From an uncultured bacterium (GTDB lineage: Bacteria > Oederibacteriota > JAAXVQ01 > JAUVAV01): a stretch of 64,000 nt of DNA. A model generated the notes under the pieces. The model saw only the letters and a list, made by a program, of their open reading frames with translations, had not been told where the DNA came from and did no database searches. The stretch spans positions 369,872 through 433,871 of the forward strand of contig CAVQBK010000013.1 of the NCBI GenBank assembly GCA_963710755.1. Direction: 5' to 3'. Shown piece after piece: positions 12,001-20,642 of this stretch (the stretch's first letter is position 1; every line of letters begins with the position of its first letter). The position numbers and the translations under genes were made by a program.

Positions 12001-13159
12001 CGCTGAGTAGATTATCCACAAATTGCACGCTGCGCTCGTCCGCCAGGTGATAAAATTTCCAAACCTCATCCAGAGCTTGGTCAAGTGACAGAAGGTTTAA
12101 TTCCAAGGGCAGCGGTGACATATTTTTTGGGCTCGTAGCATTAATAAAGTCAAGAAAAGACTGGGTGCGATAGTCGCCGCGATGGCCACGGAAATCAGCC
12201 AGTTCCTGCTGGGTGGCGGAAATATTGAGAAGCTTTTCCATGTTATCGAGGCGGCGGAGGTGCTCATCGAGCTGCTTCTCAAGGTCCGTCGTGTAAAGCC
12301 TGATGCGCAAGGCTTGATCAAGATGATCCAATTCCTGATAGAGTTTTTCCGGATTGGTCTGTGGTCCAAAATAGGTTTGATTCCATTTCAGAAACTGTCG
12401 CACTTGGGGATAGTTGTTGAGGTCCAACCGTTGGCGCCTGGCCTGCCCGTCAAGCTTGGCCGCATAGCCCAGAATATCCAGGTGGCCGTCCCGGTATTTT
12501 TCGCGAATCTGATCCAAGCGTTTAAGTTCCGGTGAATAGAGGGAAGCTTTCAAAGTGCCCAAAGCTTCCCGAAGGTCATAAATCAGACCTTGGGTTTCAC
12601 TATTTAAAAATTGGCGAACCGTCTTTAAGCTTTCCTCATATAAGGCCTGGCTTTCAATGCCTTCCAACTTGACGGGAGCCTGACTGGTTACGGCCACATA
12701 ATCAGCACCACTTAGCCGGCCTTCCTTAACCAAATAATCGCTCACCACATTTCTAATTCTTTTCAAAGGAAAGTTGCGGAGCAAACTAGGATTGACAGGT
12801 CCGCTGGCGCCTTCGATGGCCACCAAATGCAACCCTTGGGTTTTGATCAGGTGTTTCAAGGTGGCGGCAATATTCTTTTGCACTTCATAATTGCAGTGCA
12901 GATCCTGGATGCAAATAACGGTTTTATTCCCGCCTTGAAAGGCGCTCTCAATATGAGCCCATTTCTCCGGCACTGTAACCGCCCGGCCCAGGTGATGAAT
13001 CATCAGCGGCTGTTGGCCGGCGGTGTAGAGCCCTGGCTCAAAGGCCCAACTCATGATAGGAAATAAAAAACTGATGGTTATAATTAAGGTACAGGTTTTA
13101 ATGGCCAACTGTCGGCCACCCTGGCGCCAAGCTAAGATGGACCATAGGAAATTTTTCAT
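2789..13159 (-). CDS. Giant multidomain protein of 3456 aa in this frame. In order it has an N-terminal signal/TM, a TM near residue 640, about nine internal ~43-aa repeats (residues ~1290-1660), a GHKL/Bergerat ATPase domain (residues ~1905-2020, motif IRENIQNADKA...DYGIGMDTEDM), an HExxH site (HENAH, residues 2429-2433), a TM cluster (residues 2528-2660) and a C-terminal GH77 4-alpha-glucanotransferase domain (YGRYIRIDHAL, LVYETLGVV, GALHDSVT).
   Basis: Long ORF with an AGGAG RBS 8 nt upstream of the ATG at 13159. Motifs recognised by eye: GHKL motif I (E-x-x-x-N-A-D-x-A) and a G-rich G1/G2 region; amylomaltase signature RIDH (nucleophile Asp), AEDLG-like YETLG (acid/base) and THD-like LHDS. 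The last ~90 codons of this frame (after ...HGAYLW) look non-native, while the GH77 domain continues in the other frame; see the frameshift finding. Confidence 0.8.
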   Translation of the reverse strand: MKNFLWSILAWRQGGRQLAIKTCTLIITISFLFPIMSWAFEPGLYTAGQQPLMIHHLGRAVTVPEKWAHIESAFQGGNKTVICIQDLHCNYEVQKNIAATLKHLIKTQGLHLVAIEGASGPVNPSLLRNFPLKRIRNVVSDYLVKEGRLSGADYVAVTSQAPVKLEGIESQALYEESLKTVRQFLNSETQGLIYDLREALGTLKASLYSPELKRLDQIREKYRDGHLDILGYAAKLDGQARRQRLDLNNYPQVRQFLKWNQTYFGPQTNPEKLYQELDHLDQALRIRLYTTDLEKQLDEHLRRLDNMEKLLNISATQQELADFRGHRGDYRTQSFLDFINATSPKNMSPLPLELNLLSLDQALDEVWKFYHLADERSVQFVDNLLSAMQTQQQSLAVMINGGFHTEQVSEELRKRNITYLLVRPQVSRLDVVNPYFELLQNRRTPLEQLLAKNQTILAVADQLQALAVNKLKRMAWGTLLFSTASAEAMKVSAQQALSFDITQWQELKAPVKGVRAFLAKVGEAEKIVVVANRPLQAYGLEPGAEVVLKALPGQHYAAVFADQSAYEKINLHAPSAFLESLSRVLQQAWVTMKIKLQGPLPALSPASLLMAGTTGFLPHIPLWESPLAGGLTSQATWTAAILLALIILVKWVLPRRPKAKLSEKQSPSQFYTKDGYDLALYVSLIKHLRDLPAEKQRAYRERFIKALETSQPKEGIGPVFVDLARECMAEGFPLEPERLDTLMKRQSTTADQALVELINNGFDAMGDAIGRFGRGVYQAIGLLQNEGDRLEFITIPDKERRTRYKAVFVKTRGTIRVNFYHESLLATQGPGTEVVLHRQQPLDGKRLENYIRKKLGTSRRGLIFQGKSGQVLVNDLSPFDQAGQPVTYRLGEKAVRYWLSEDGRELHVRDSGKGVAPFDEGRGLSTLMEALPVPEVSTNRTGDQLKSALLQEDWTANGEEYYWSRHVGKTSKVYLLVGGTEVETLEIEGAALAQEVVIDLPTACDQREGRQQILLDEVTARAFQTVADNLLRNFSNNPESMMPVVNAVYLAAERLQQSQRTKTKGEELNIARHLRQRFYQAASRLKEMDYVFLPAMEQQAIAPEAYAGKKPLTVEEGLLPFDPRGIDAQPVLSSGKSVWIANLTRPFARVGKLLLLNQAIYYAYVDKALAGQGPLLLNLLFGVWTGYGTKPGTEATLHAGGSVPRGVADASPAGMTFKFDDYPVNIRQLLQFNYFRSGRTGLAPKAAERLSKIDDFCAVHGFSIADAFKTELAGESYDVAEIDGDLFLRMQRGIVYDLYRWTGSAFSELTEFHGLDVIQMPEKVGEDILVGAGEPGSMSLYQWSGRRFEVVPDLKPAQIIYPIGQAGGKTYVAVRQGAEDIIYRRSHGRFEVVQELRRLNLKEGPIQIGEEVFFIGSSDHHSYLFRLANGRFELTQGLADAREIGIPVSAGGQIYVNLTSLSDDSQHFYRLTDGRFVEIVELKDKDGYGTPVEVGGETYEIAGPANDARLYRLVQGRFVQVQELAEVAFTYHDKPVAVGQEIYILGALTNGETRLYRLIHDRFEPVKELGEMEKATNPVQVGSEIYMWLKHRRHWSLFHLSDGYFTHVENMSNIPDAWNPFSIGGVNYAIIGEWGVKRLFRLEGSTAIFTGLEGEFIDLLKSDLVIFKQNQTITIQPLDWFKNIADGPFIEPSDEFYNHLSPEAKSRFINNLLHYNWSAADMEKLDWLLPFADGQEIKRLNPQNQETLSKICGRLFRQHHRAVGQLLDGLGQVVSDNLYFNQVLDRWLHVIAAGEAGEDRGFEMITGLQSHWEWLSPETGPDEIAEGAFLIRYLRGDVDMEDLSPRQLNLPRGRSLDVIKKIRLSVLAGVRRNLGIFQSVAALKQTLKGNEAYAQTEEDIARGGMGKGYEWIRENIQNADKASLEKGGAQRIEVTAVPVQTKGKTQLVLSTRDYGIGMDTEDMLNFLLPLDRTGAKEGADPSKGYYGRGWYKNLTVADRVRVISGKSGSGRFQILEVRKIPNGQGGFTWEVERFAEFEGQFEGTRVDTWIKEYPGDYEQNQDGIDLETAIIGDSLQLYAGTLGSVDEKRRLTITFNGRNISEQAALLAEVDWQDQEKIKVVKRASGKTGVLQAGYFVMDLNQYPELWALVPAALKDMLKTQGLSLSLPVSLKQHVYSIVTDRERGGLAETEKYLPRLQKAILAAVLETAAATLNYDRPLDLVYKYDHLVRHYISTETLAGKLNQGRWEDLTDREVQFIQNSDQLTTLLTRIKVQQPGEGKKLSLYDLHCMAVEADRRDSPVDLKELSEPFALLLKEAQKPQHQGFGQVTIEDDRPTPLRESELTAAHHALAKLCQDLMQPLMQTHGYGPYKVGFMTVSTKRIAFYGPDWINFNQNSIGDWLAWMNRFMNHQSTTQEDYAKLYDIMETLVHENAHLREGHGEETHNERFNEIQRQLILEMINARLEPEQVLLALRQDPDLAAAFSSGAVEPEKESPRLTSPKIKAWVHKFTFGRLSDKVELDIAEQIENMMLFTLLGATMAPAIIAVVLGVGTGWFLAALAASLALAYGVYDLAIKPLFAFLHTTIWDETEHKEVPASSDQTEQIRLNFIKITVSLGLSAVVGLTVLMLAPHHILATSLTGSAVYLAGAITHHALYRKLFPYQKFISPARAGLRNVVATIDYLFHWRSQEDMGIMDLILMKKVVDFHKLMGFKAMMMESLFWPPIGNSPYAYESEEMKDPKFINLPWVFNHVYAPRAVGKLVFNYDAVKKWRQAERAQYDQKRALTLEVLQSVWQALAAYPDNEKNQHLRQAFETYWKKEKKNKEDDLLYHLLKQEFMAKEVARWEKDGQYLDGETLQLEVLQTWSKNNRKAMPATRERQLVLAEKRRQENSDFQALYNQRRHELKEKAEQEGKTVYELDDLRDWAWQRWKGDICEAGEEGLWAREPASLRHAKKRLADQILFQAFVQFIADAQYDELKTYARSKGIELAVDKGIAPSEADPWKHPAWYGLKKKLGFLRLVSRGVPAEEAYPNAQYWQMYLSESMDALKAQIKAMAKYGRYIRIDHALALFRSYYFTEGDVTWKDLGIFKEMMAIRQEAMAAISAAADNEEQERLRQAAADKAQALYMDKLKQWRRQLPANLENQLPADALHWLMNEHGRIGPDNAIYIARTVPRQDYDKALPEDSPWRREYQSVEQKIKHDARVQDYLRTTPADAIKGKKGHEQSAQGFWKTYFFDMDPKESDRLQFGYFKPTPHSATLLAELERYAKALGVTLVYETLGVVPHQAQTEMETSGAYGFAPYIFALTGEPWGDRLNPYYPDHMPSRMLATGALHDSVTFSAMWAAMNGESKQKVIDDFKTDGFEGLDGELHDLDSPEVAEQVHGAYLWRLLSSRAGLALLSASDFLTCRLNSVSMTPMPMPENLTFVCLTISPWNGSMRSWEVKIAGHEKKLNYFKS

Positions 13160-13589
13160 GAAAGAGTCTCCTGATTAGGGTTAGTGGAAAATCCGGGTCA
13201 TATATATGATTATATTAAGTATAGATTTTGGGGCGAAGGCCTGCAATAGAGGGTTCGATTTTATTTGATTTTAATAAATATTATGCTTGCGATGTTTCGA
13301 GTTGAAACAGAAGAAGGGTAATATTCAACTGTGCTTTTTGTAGGGGCCAAAGGTCTAAACCCCTACAACTAAAGAAGACCACAAAAAACAAACCATTTTA
13401 TATCCTTAACTTTCGGTCCTTTGCAGCTGCTTGGGCCCGATACGGGTATGTGTAGGAAAAAGGATTTAAAACAGGTTTAACCCCAAGACACCAAGGCACA
13501 AAGGGAAACAACATAAACCGAAGCTATTCCATGAAGTTAACCTTAGTCTCTCCCCTCCGGCACAGAAAGCTAAACGCTAAACACCGATA

Positions 13590-13994
13590 TTATTTTTTAA
13601 TAGGCTTTAACACCAATCTTCCATAGGCAATAAACGCGCTTAGGGCAGCTACGACCAACCAATAAATCATAGGACCCACCTGGGCCGCGTAACCGGATAA
13701 AAGATGCAACCCGCAATAGAACAGCATTTCGGCGGCAATGAAGGAGGCTGCAATGGGAGCCAGAATAGCCAGACGCTTATTAAAGGCTGGAAGAATCAGG
13801 CCCAGACTGCAAAGCAGCTCAACAACACCCATGGCCAGCCAAAGGCCATGGGGAATGGCTTGCAAGGAAGGTACAGTTTGCGCGGGATTGGAAAACTTCC
13901 ACGCTGCGCCCATAAGGGTATGCAGGGCGAGAAGGATTTGAAGAATCCATAGCAGAATGTTCATGATGTGCCTCCTGGAAAGTGTTGATGCCAC
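13590..13994 (-). CDS. DoxX-family small membrane protein (four predicted TM helices). The start may be the internal Met at 13964.
   Basis: Hydrophobic 134-aa ORF with a DoxX-like pattern (…ILLALHTLMGAAWKF…LWLAMGVVELLCSLGLILP…). Confidence 0.6.
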   Translation of the reverse strand: MASTLSRRHIMNILLWILQILLALHTLMGAAWKFSNPAQTVPSLQAIPHGLWLAMGVVELLCSLGLILPAFNKRLAILAPIAASFIAAEMLFYCGLHLLSGYAAQVGPMIYWLVVAALSAFIAYGRLVLKPIKK

Positions 13995-14128
13995 GTACGG
14001 GTTTTCTCAAAAACCTCGTGATCCCGTTTAGAATCATAATGAGATGACAACCAAGATAGTCACCTTCTTGGCAAACACAACCCTATGTACTTTTTTTTAC
14101 ATGTTTTCATCAGGCGTTAGCAAACTAT

Positions 14129-15061
14129 TCAAAACCAGGCGGACAAGGAAAATAGATTCTTCAGGGAAAGGTTGTCCTGCCCCCAAAATTCAGGACTGAA
14201 GGTAAAATCAAGGGCCATATTGATCCGGAATAATTTGAATTTCAAGCCCAGGCCGGCAGCACCATAAGCAGCCATGGTTTCCGTGGCCAGCTTCATGCCC
14301 AGACGGAGTACGATTTTCTTATCCATGGTCAGTTCAGTGCCTAAATGCACTGATCCGATCTGGTCGGGCGTCAGATAACGGGTCTCCAAAGCTGCTTGCC
14401 AATCCATCTTGTCTTGCTGGTAAAGCAATATATGCACCCCTGCAGCCAAGGTCAAGGGCAGCGGATCAGCGGCTTGGTTCCATTCAATCGGCGGACCGAT
14501 ATTTAAAATAGCCAAAGCCAGGCGCCAATGGTCGTCCAGCTGGTACTGCGCCCCCAAGTCAAAGGCCAAATCAGAGGCATTAACCGGCCCCAGCGTAAAT
14601 AAAAGACTTTTACCTTGAACACCAATGGACAATTGTGGAGTCACCGGGATGCCCACCGCCAAACCCATCACGATATCATTAATATTCACGGGAGCATCGC
14701 TGGCCCCTTCATTATTAATAGCCGGGGCGCTGCGGTAAAGCAACTGTAGCCCGACCGTACCCAACTCCGGCACGGGCACCGCCGCCACCAAAATTTCCGT
14801 AGCCATGGATTCAATGCCCGCCACATGGGTGGCAATAATCTCATTATGCTCTTGCCAGGATAAGCCGGCTGGGTTGGCCATCAGCACATCAGCGCTCTTC
14901 TGCCAGGCGATGCCAGTACCGCCCAAGGCCGTAAAACGGCTGCTTAAATCCTGGAGCAAAATGCCCGCACCACTGGTGCCGGTCTGAGCCATCACGGGCA
15001 GGCAGCTTCCCAGGAGGCCCAAGCCCAGAATGATTAGGAAATTAATTTTTCGATTGTTCAC
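14129..15061 (-). CDS. Outer-membrane beta-barrel protein of the FadL/TodX/PorV-like family.
   Basis: Signal peptide (MNNRKINFLIILGLGLLGSCLPVMAQ); N-terminal 'FTALGGTGIAWQKSADVLMANPAGLS' (NPAGL motif of FadL-like OMPs); alternating amphipathic strands; C-terminal aromatic ...SAWF. Confidence 0.6.
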   Translation of the reverse strand: MNNRKINFLIILGLGLLGSCLPVMAQTGTSGAGILLQDLSSRFTALGGTGIAWQKSADVLMANPAGLSWQEHNEIIATHVAGIESMATEILVAAVPVPELGTVGLQLLYRSAPAINNEGASDAPVNINDIVMGLAVGIPVTPQLSIGVQGKSLLFTLGPVNASDLAFDLGAQYQLDDHWRLALAILNIGPPIEWNQAADPLPLTLAAGVHILLYQQDKMDWQAALETRYLTPDQIGSVHLGTELTMDKKIVLRLGMKLATETMAAYGAAGLGLKFKLFRINMALDFTFSPEFWGQDNLSLKNLFSLSAWF

Positions 15062-15279
15062 TATGTCACCTCAGGAAGACCTGTTGATACGAGTTGTATT
15101 TTACCAAATAACAGCAATTTTTCATCAATTGTTTTCACACGACGTTAACGGCCGATAGGGATTGGACTGGAAAATTTTCATTACTAATGGACACCTATGG
15201 GAAGATCAGCTTTTTGCTAATAAATAGCCCGTTTTTTTTAAAAAAATGGTTGCCTTTCAAATCTTAATGACTATAATAA

Positions 15280-16269
<990 letters not shown>

Positions 16270-16588
16270 GGCAAGGTTCCGATTGCCACAGCGTAAGTAA
16301 TCCCACCGGGCGCAGGTGCACAAGATCTTTTCTGCGCCCGGTGGTGACTTGAAAGGTAAAAAAATAGATTGGCCCCGCCCTGGCCGCGGTCATATTGCAG
16401 CCGCGGGGTAATGAGATAACAAGACAGCAATTTTTCATTTCCAACGTTTTCCCAACGTCCAAATCGACTTACCCCCGCAAAGTCGGCCGGGCTTGGTGCC
16501 GTTCCCGGTGCAGGCTTGGCAATAACGATTGCCGTCTCTTTTGGCTGGTCTCGATTTTTCAATTTTAATAAAACACAGGTGAACACTC

Positions 16589-18766
16589 ATGGGACAATTA
16601 CTGGATAAATTCAAAACCCTCAAACAAGAACTGCTCAAGACCCATCATGTAGGTGAAGAAAATAAAATCATCATTCAGGTGGGTTCGGCCACTTGTGAAA
16701 ATGCAGCTGGTGCGCAGGAGGTTCGACAGGAATTTGAAAAACTGATCTCCGCTTCCGGCCGCGAGGATATTCTGATCAAGCAAACCGGATGTACGGGCCG
16801 GTGCTCACGGGAACCCATTGTAGGTGTCTATTTCCCCAATCAATTTCCCCTGAAATATGAAAAGGTCTCTCTGCCCAAAGTCAATGACATCTTTCAACAG
16901 CACGTGCTGGGCGGCCAGCCGGTGGTCTCGCTGATCCTGGACAAAAAAACCAGTCAAATGTATTCCCGAGTGGTGACCTTTGCCTCGCTCTCTACGGTCA
17001 GCACAGCTTCGGCTGAAAAATGGTCCAAACTTTTTCAGGAACGACTTCAAGCTAAAAACTTGCCTCAAGGCTCGGTGCGCAGTTTTACCGGTGGCTGTCT
17101 GGGACTTTATCCCGCCGGCGAGGAAGGCAACAAAGTGGGCATGCTGGTCTTCCCCGAAAAAGTGGTCTATGAGGTGGAAAACGTCGAGGAACTGGACCAG
17201 ATCATCGACTCCCAGTTCGTCAATAGCAAAGTTTATGAACCCCACTTGGCCACTATCGACCCCATGATCAAACGCTTCTTTACCCTCTACGGCGATGTGG
17301 CTTTTTTCAATAAACAAACCCGACTGACCTTGCGCAACAGCGGCATCATTGATCCCGAGTCGCTTAAAGATTACCTGGCCAACGACGGCTTTGAAGCCTT
17401 GGCTCGCGTGCTCGATGAAAAGCAGCCGCAAAAAATCATCGATGCTGTCAAGGCGGCCGGCTTGCGCGGCCGTGGCGGCGGCGGCTTTCCCACCGGTACC
17501 AAATGGCAGATGATGGTGGACAACCCGGACCCTATTAAATATGTTGTCTGCAATGCCGACGAAGGCGATCCGGGAGCTTACATGGACCGCAGCACTTTGG
17601 AAGGCGATCCCTTCAGCGTGATCCACGGCATGGCTATTGGTGCTTATGGTATGGGCGCACACAAAGGTTATATTTATGTGCGGGCCGAATACCCCTTGGC
17701 CATTAAACGGCTGGAAATCGCCATTGACCAATGCCGGGAAGCAGGCCTCCTGGGCGATAACATCTTGGGCTCGGATTTCAGTTTCGACTTGGAAATCCGC
17801 CTGGGTGCGGGCGCCTTTGTATGCGGTGAAGAAACAGCACTCATGCTTTCCATCACCGGCCGGCGCGGCCAACCTCAAATCCGGCCGCCCTACCCAACGG
17901 AAAAAGGGCTGTGGGGTCATCCTACCGTCATTAACAACGTGGAAACCTGGGCCAATATCCCGGTGATCATCCGCCACGGCGCCGATTGGTTTGCCCGTAT
18001 CGGAACGGAAAAAAGCAAAGGCACCAAGGTGTTCGCCCTGGCCGGCAAGATTAAAAACTCCGGTCTGGTGGAAGTACCCATGGGCACTACCTTGCGTGAG
18101 ATCATCTACGATATCGGCGGCGGGGTGGAAGACGGCCGTACACTCAAAGCCATCCAGACGGGCGGACCTTCGGGCGGCTGTATTCCTGCTTCTCTGGTGG
18201 ACACGCCGGTTGATTATGATTCCCTCTCGCAAGCCGGATCCATCATGGGTTCCGGCGGCATGATCGTGCTTGACGACGAAGATTGCATGGTGGCCACTTC
18301 CAAATTCTTCCTCGAATTCACCCAGGAAGAATCATGCGGCAAATGCGTGCCCTGCCGGGAAGGAACCCTGCGCATGTTGGAAATCCTGGAACGCATTACC
18401 GAAGGTAACGGCACCCTGGAAGATTTGGATAAATTGGAACGTTTGGGCAACATGATCAAAAAGACCTCGCTGTGCGGCCTGGGTCAGACCGCGCCCAATC
18501 CCGTGCTGAGCGCCCTTAATAATTTCCGTGATGAATTCGTGCAGCACGTGACGGAAAAGCGTTGTCCCACCCGCAAATGCGCCCAACTGATCCGCTATGA
18601 AATTGATCCGGAAAAATGCACCGGCTGTACACTCTGCGCCCGTCGCTGTCCGGTTAATTGCATTGAAGGTCAGCCTCGGCAGGCCCATAGGATTATTCAG
18701 GAAAAATGTATTAAATGCGGCAACTGCTTTACGGTGTGCAAATTTGATGCGGTGCTGAAAAAGTAG
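16589..18766 (+). CDS. hydB: HydB, the NuoF-like flavoprotein subunit of an electron-bifurcating-type [FeFe] hydrogenase (NADH/Fd-linked), with an N-terminal thioredoxin-like [2Fe-2S] domain and C-terminal 2x[4Fe-4S] ferredoxin.
   Basis: [13 protein letters not shown] (NuoF NADH/FMN site); [11 protein letters not shown] (N3 cluster); N-terminal C-x4-C...C-x3-C; C-terminal [12 protein letters not shown] / [11 protein letters not shown]; sits immediately upstream of hydA. Confidence 0.9.
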   Translation: MGQLLDKFKTLKQELLKTHHVGEENKIIIQVGSATCENAAGAQEVRQEFEKLISASGREDILIKQTGCTGRCSREPIVGVYFPNQFPLKYEKVSLPKVNDIFQQHVLGGQPVVSLILDKKTSQMYSRVVTFASLSTVSTASAEKWSKLFQERLQAKNLPQGSVRSFTGGCLGLYPAGEEGNKVGMLVFPEKVVYEVENVEELDQIIDSQFVNSKVYEPHLATIDPMIKRFFTLYGDVAFFNKQTRLTLRNSGIIDPESLKDYLANDGFEALARVLDEKQPQKIIDAVKAAGLRGRGGGGFPTGTKWQMMVDNPDPIKYVVCNADEGDPGAYMDRSTLEGDPFSVIHGMAIGAYGMGAHKGYIYVRAEYPLAIKRLEIAIDQCREAGLLGDNILGSDFSFDLEIRLGAGAFVCGEETALMLSITGRRGQPQIRPPYPTEKGLWGHPTVINNVETWANIPVIIRHGADWFARIGTEKSKGTKVFALAGKIKNSGLVEVPMGTTLREIIYDIGGGVEDGRTLKAIQTGGPSGGCIPASLVDTPVDYDSLSQAGSIMGSGGMIVLDDEDCMVATSKFFLEFTQEESCGKCVPCREGTLRMLEILERITEGNGTLEDLDKLERLGNMIKKTSLCGLGQTAPNPVLSALNNFRDEFVQHVTEKRCPTRKCAQLIRYEIDPEKCTGCTLCARRCPVNCIEGQPRQAHRIIQEKCIKCGNCFTVCKFDAVLKK

Positions 18767-18884
18767 GGGGTTGACATGTTGAACCCCTATTTGAATATAC
18801 ATTATACAAAAAGGACGCCGTCGGCAGCTTTGGCGAGTTGAATTATTGCTGACGCAGATTTTTTAAAAAGGACGTGAAGCCATC

Positions 18885-20642
18885 ATGAAACAAGTGACTT
18901 TAACTATTGATGATTCGATCATAACGGTGCCGGAGAAAACCACTATCATGCAGGCGGCTCAAACCATTGGTATTCATATTCCCCGTTTGTGTTATCATCC
19001 TGATTTGTCCATGGAAGGCGCCTGCCGTATTTGTATCGTCGATGTGGAAGGATCGAGAACCTTTCAGACGTCTTGCTCCACCGAGGTGCGTGAAGGCATG
19101 AAGATCAAAACCAATTCTCCTGAGATCCGGCAAGCACGCCGTGATTTGGTGGAGCTGATTCTGGACAACCATCCCAAAGAATGCCAGACCTGCGAACGTG
19201 ATGGGCAATGCGAATTGCAGGATCTGGCCTATGCTATGGGTGTGCGGGAACGGCTGTTCGAAGGCAAACGCAAGCGTTTCGAAAAGGATGACTCCAGCCT
19301 GTCCGTGGTGCGTGATTCGGAGAAATGCATCCTCTGCCGTCGTTGCGTACGGGTCTGCAGTGAAATCCAGAGCGTCCACAATCTCCAACAGATGCATCGC
19401 GGCGTTAAAACCCTGGTAACCCCTGCTTATGAAGCGGACATGAAGGATTCGGTCTGTATCAATTGCGGCCAATGTATTAATGTCTGTCCCACGGCCGCGT
19501 TTTTAGAAAAACGGGAGACGGACAACGTGTGGGCAGCCCTGGCTGATCCCAGCAAACATGTGGTGGTGCACATCGCGCCCTCCATTCGTGCGGCCATTGG
19601 TGAAGGGTTCGGCCTAGCGCCGGGAACACCGGCCACCAAACAAACCGTGACCGCCCTGAGGCGTCTTGGGTTTGACCAGGTCTTTGATACTAATTTTGGA
19701 GCAGACCTGACTATTTTAGAAGAAGCGCACGAATTTGCCCTGCGGCTTAAGGCTAATACCAAGCTGCCCCTGCTAACCTCCTGCTCGCCGGGATGGATTA
19801 AATTTCTGGAACATTTTTATCCTGAACTCATTCCCAACGCCTCTTCCTGCAAGTCCCCCATGAGCATGCTTTCGGTCCTGCTCAAGACCTTTTACGCGGA
19901 AAAAAACAACCTCAAACCGGAAGATATTTATGTGGTGGCCATCATGCCTTGCACGGCCAAAAAATACGAAGCCCAACGGCCGGAGCATCAAATGACCGAA
20001 AGCCTGCCCTATACAGATGCAGTGCTGACCACCCGTGAGCTGGTGTGGATGATCAAGGCCTATGGCATTGACTTTACCCAACTGCCGGAAGAGGACTTTG
20101 ACAATCCCCTGGGCTTTTCCTCCGGCGCGGCTGACATCTTCGGCACCACCGGCGGGGTTATGGAAGCTGCCTTGCGTACCGCCGCAGAGAAACTGACCGG
20201 CAAGCCGCTGACCCACCTCGATTTCAAAGAAGTGCGGGCTGTGGAAGGCCTGAAGGAAGCTTCCTTGGAAGTGGGCGGCACCACCCTGAACGTGGCCGTA
20301 GCCAACGGTCTGGGCAACGCCAAGAAAATCCTGGACAAGGTCAAGAGTGGAGAAAAGCAATACCATCTTATCGAGATCATGGCCTGTCCCGGCGGCTGCA
20401 TCGGCGGCGGCGGCCAGCCCTATCCGCCGGAAGGTCACTATGTATTGGATAAAGAGATTATTAAATTGCGCGCCCAGGCCCTGTACACCATTGACGAGAA
20501 GAAGCAGGTGCGTAAGTCTCATGAAAATCCCTATATCAAAGAACTGTACACCAACTTTTTAGGAGAACCGGGAGGAGAAAAGGCCCATCGTCTGCTTCAT
20601 ACCACCTATGCCCCCCGAGAACCGAGAGGTATCAACCAATGA
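18885..20642 (+). CDS. hydA: [FeFe]-hydrogenase catalytic subunit HydA. It has the CpI-like M3 architecture: a 2Fe-2S ferredoxin-like domain, a His-ligated 4Fe-4S cluster, 2x[4Fe-4S] and the H-cluster domain. Its L1 motif is the variant TSCSPGW.
   Basis: CYHPDLSMEGACRIC; HPKECQTCERDGQC; CILCRRCVRVC; CINCGQCINVCP; L1 'TSCSPGW' (19776..19796, Ser codon tcg at 19785..19787); L2 'MPCTAKKYE'; L3 'EIMACPGGCIGGGGQP'. Confidence 0.92.
   Translation: MKQVTLTIDDSIITVPEKTTIMQAAQTIGIHIPRLCYHPDLSMEGACRICIVDVEGSRTFQTSCSTEVREGMKIKTNSPEIRQARRDLVELILDNHPKECQTCERDGQCELQDLAYAMGVRERLFEGKRKRFEKDDSSLSVVRDSEKCILCRRCVRVCSEIQSVHNLQQMHRGVKTLVTPAYEADMKDSVCINCGQCINVCPTAAFLEKRETDNVWAALADPSKHVVVHIAPSIRAAIGEGFGLAPGTPATKQTVTALRRLGFDQVFDTNFGADLTILEEAHEFALRLKANTKLPLLTSCSPGWIKFLEHFYPELIPNASSCKSPMSMLSVLLKTFYAEKNNLKPEDIYVVAIMPCTAKKYEAQRPEHQMTESLPYTDAVLTTRELVWMIKAYGIDFTQLPEEDFDNPLGFSSGAADIFGTTGGVMEAALRTAAEKLTGKPLTHLDFKEVRAVEGLKEASLEVGGTTLNVAVANGLGNAKKILDKVKSGEKQYHLIEIMACPGGCIGGGGQPYPPEGHYVLDKEIIKLRAQALYTIDEKKQVRKSHENPYIKELYTNFLGEPGGEKAHRLLHTTYAPREPRGINQ

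Noticed and set aside
13244-13262. GGTTCGATT resembling a tRNA T-loop in the long AT-rich region upstream of the giant gene
   Set aside because: There is no complementary T-stem, acceptor stem or anticodon arm around it; no tRNA structure can be drawn.
13337-13369. Hairpin TTGTAGGGG-N13-CCCCTACAA downstream of the DoxX gene
   Set aside because: The T-run lies on the wrong side for a minus-strand terminator and there is no U-tract for a plus-strand one. It bears only a superficial resemblance to the TAGGGAAC palindrome family (different arms).
16496-16520. Sigma-54-like -24/-12 element (TTGGCAATAACGATTGC) upstream of hydB
   Set aside because: The GG-to-GC spacing is 11 nt rather than the required 10, and no enhancer-binding-protein gene is nearby. 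It is probably coincidental.
16805-18232. Minus-strand 475-aa ORF
   Set aside because: It is antisense to hydB, with no RBS and a non-native composition.
18900-20522. Minus-strand ORFs 18900..19472, 19427..19762, 19773..20522 and 20060..20401
   Set aside because: They are antisense shadows of hydA.
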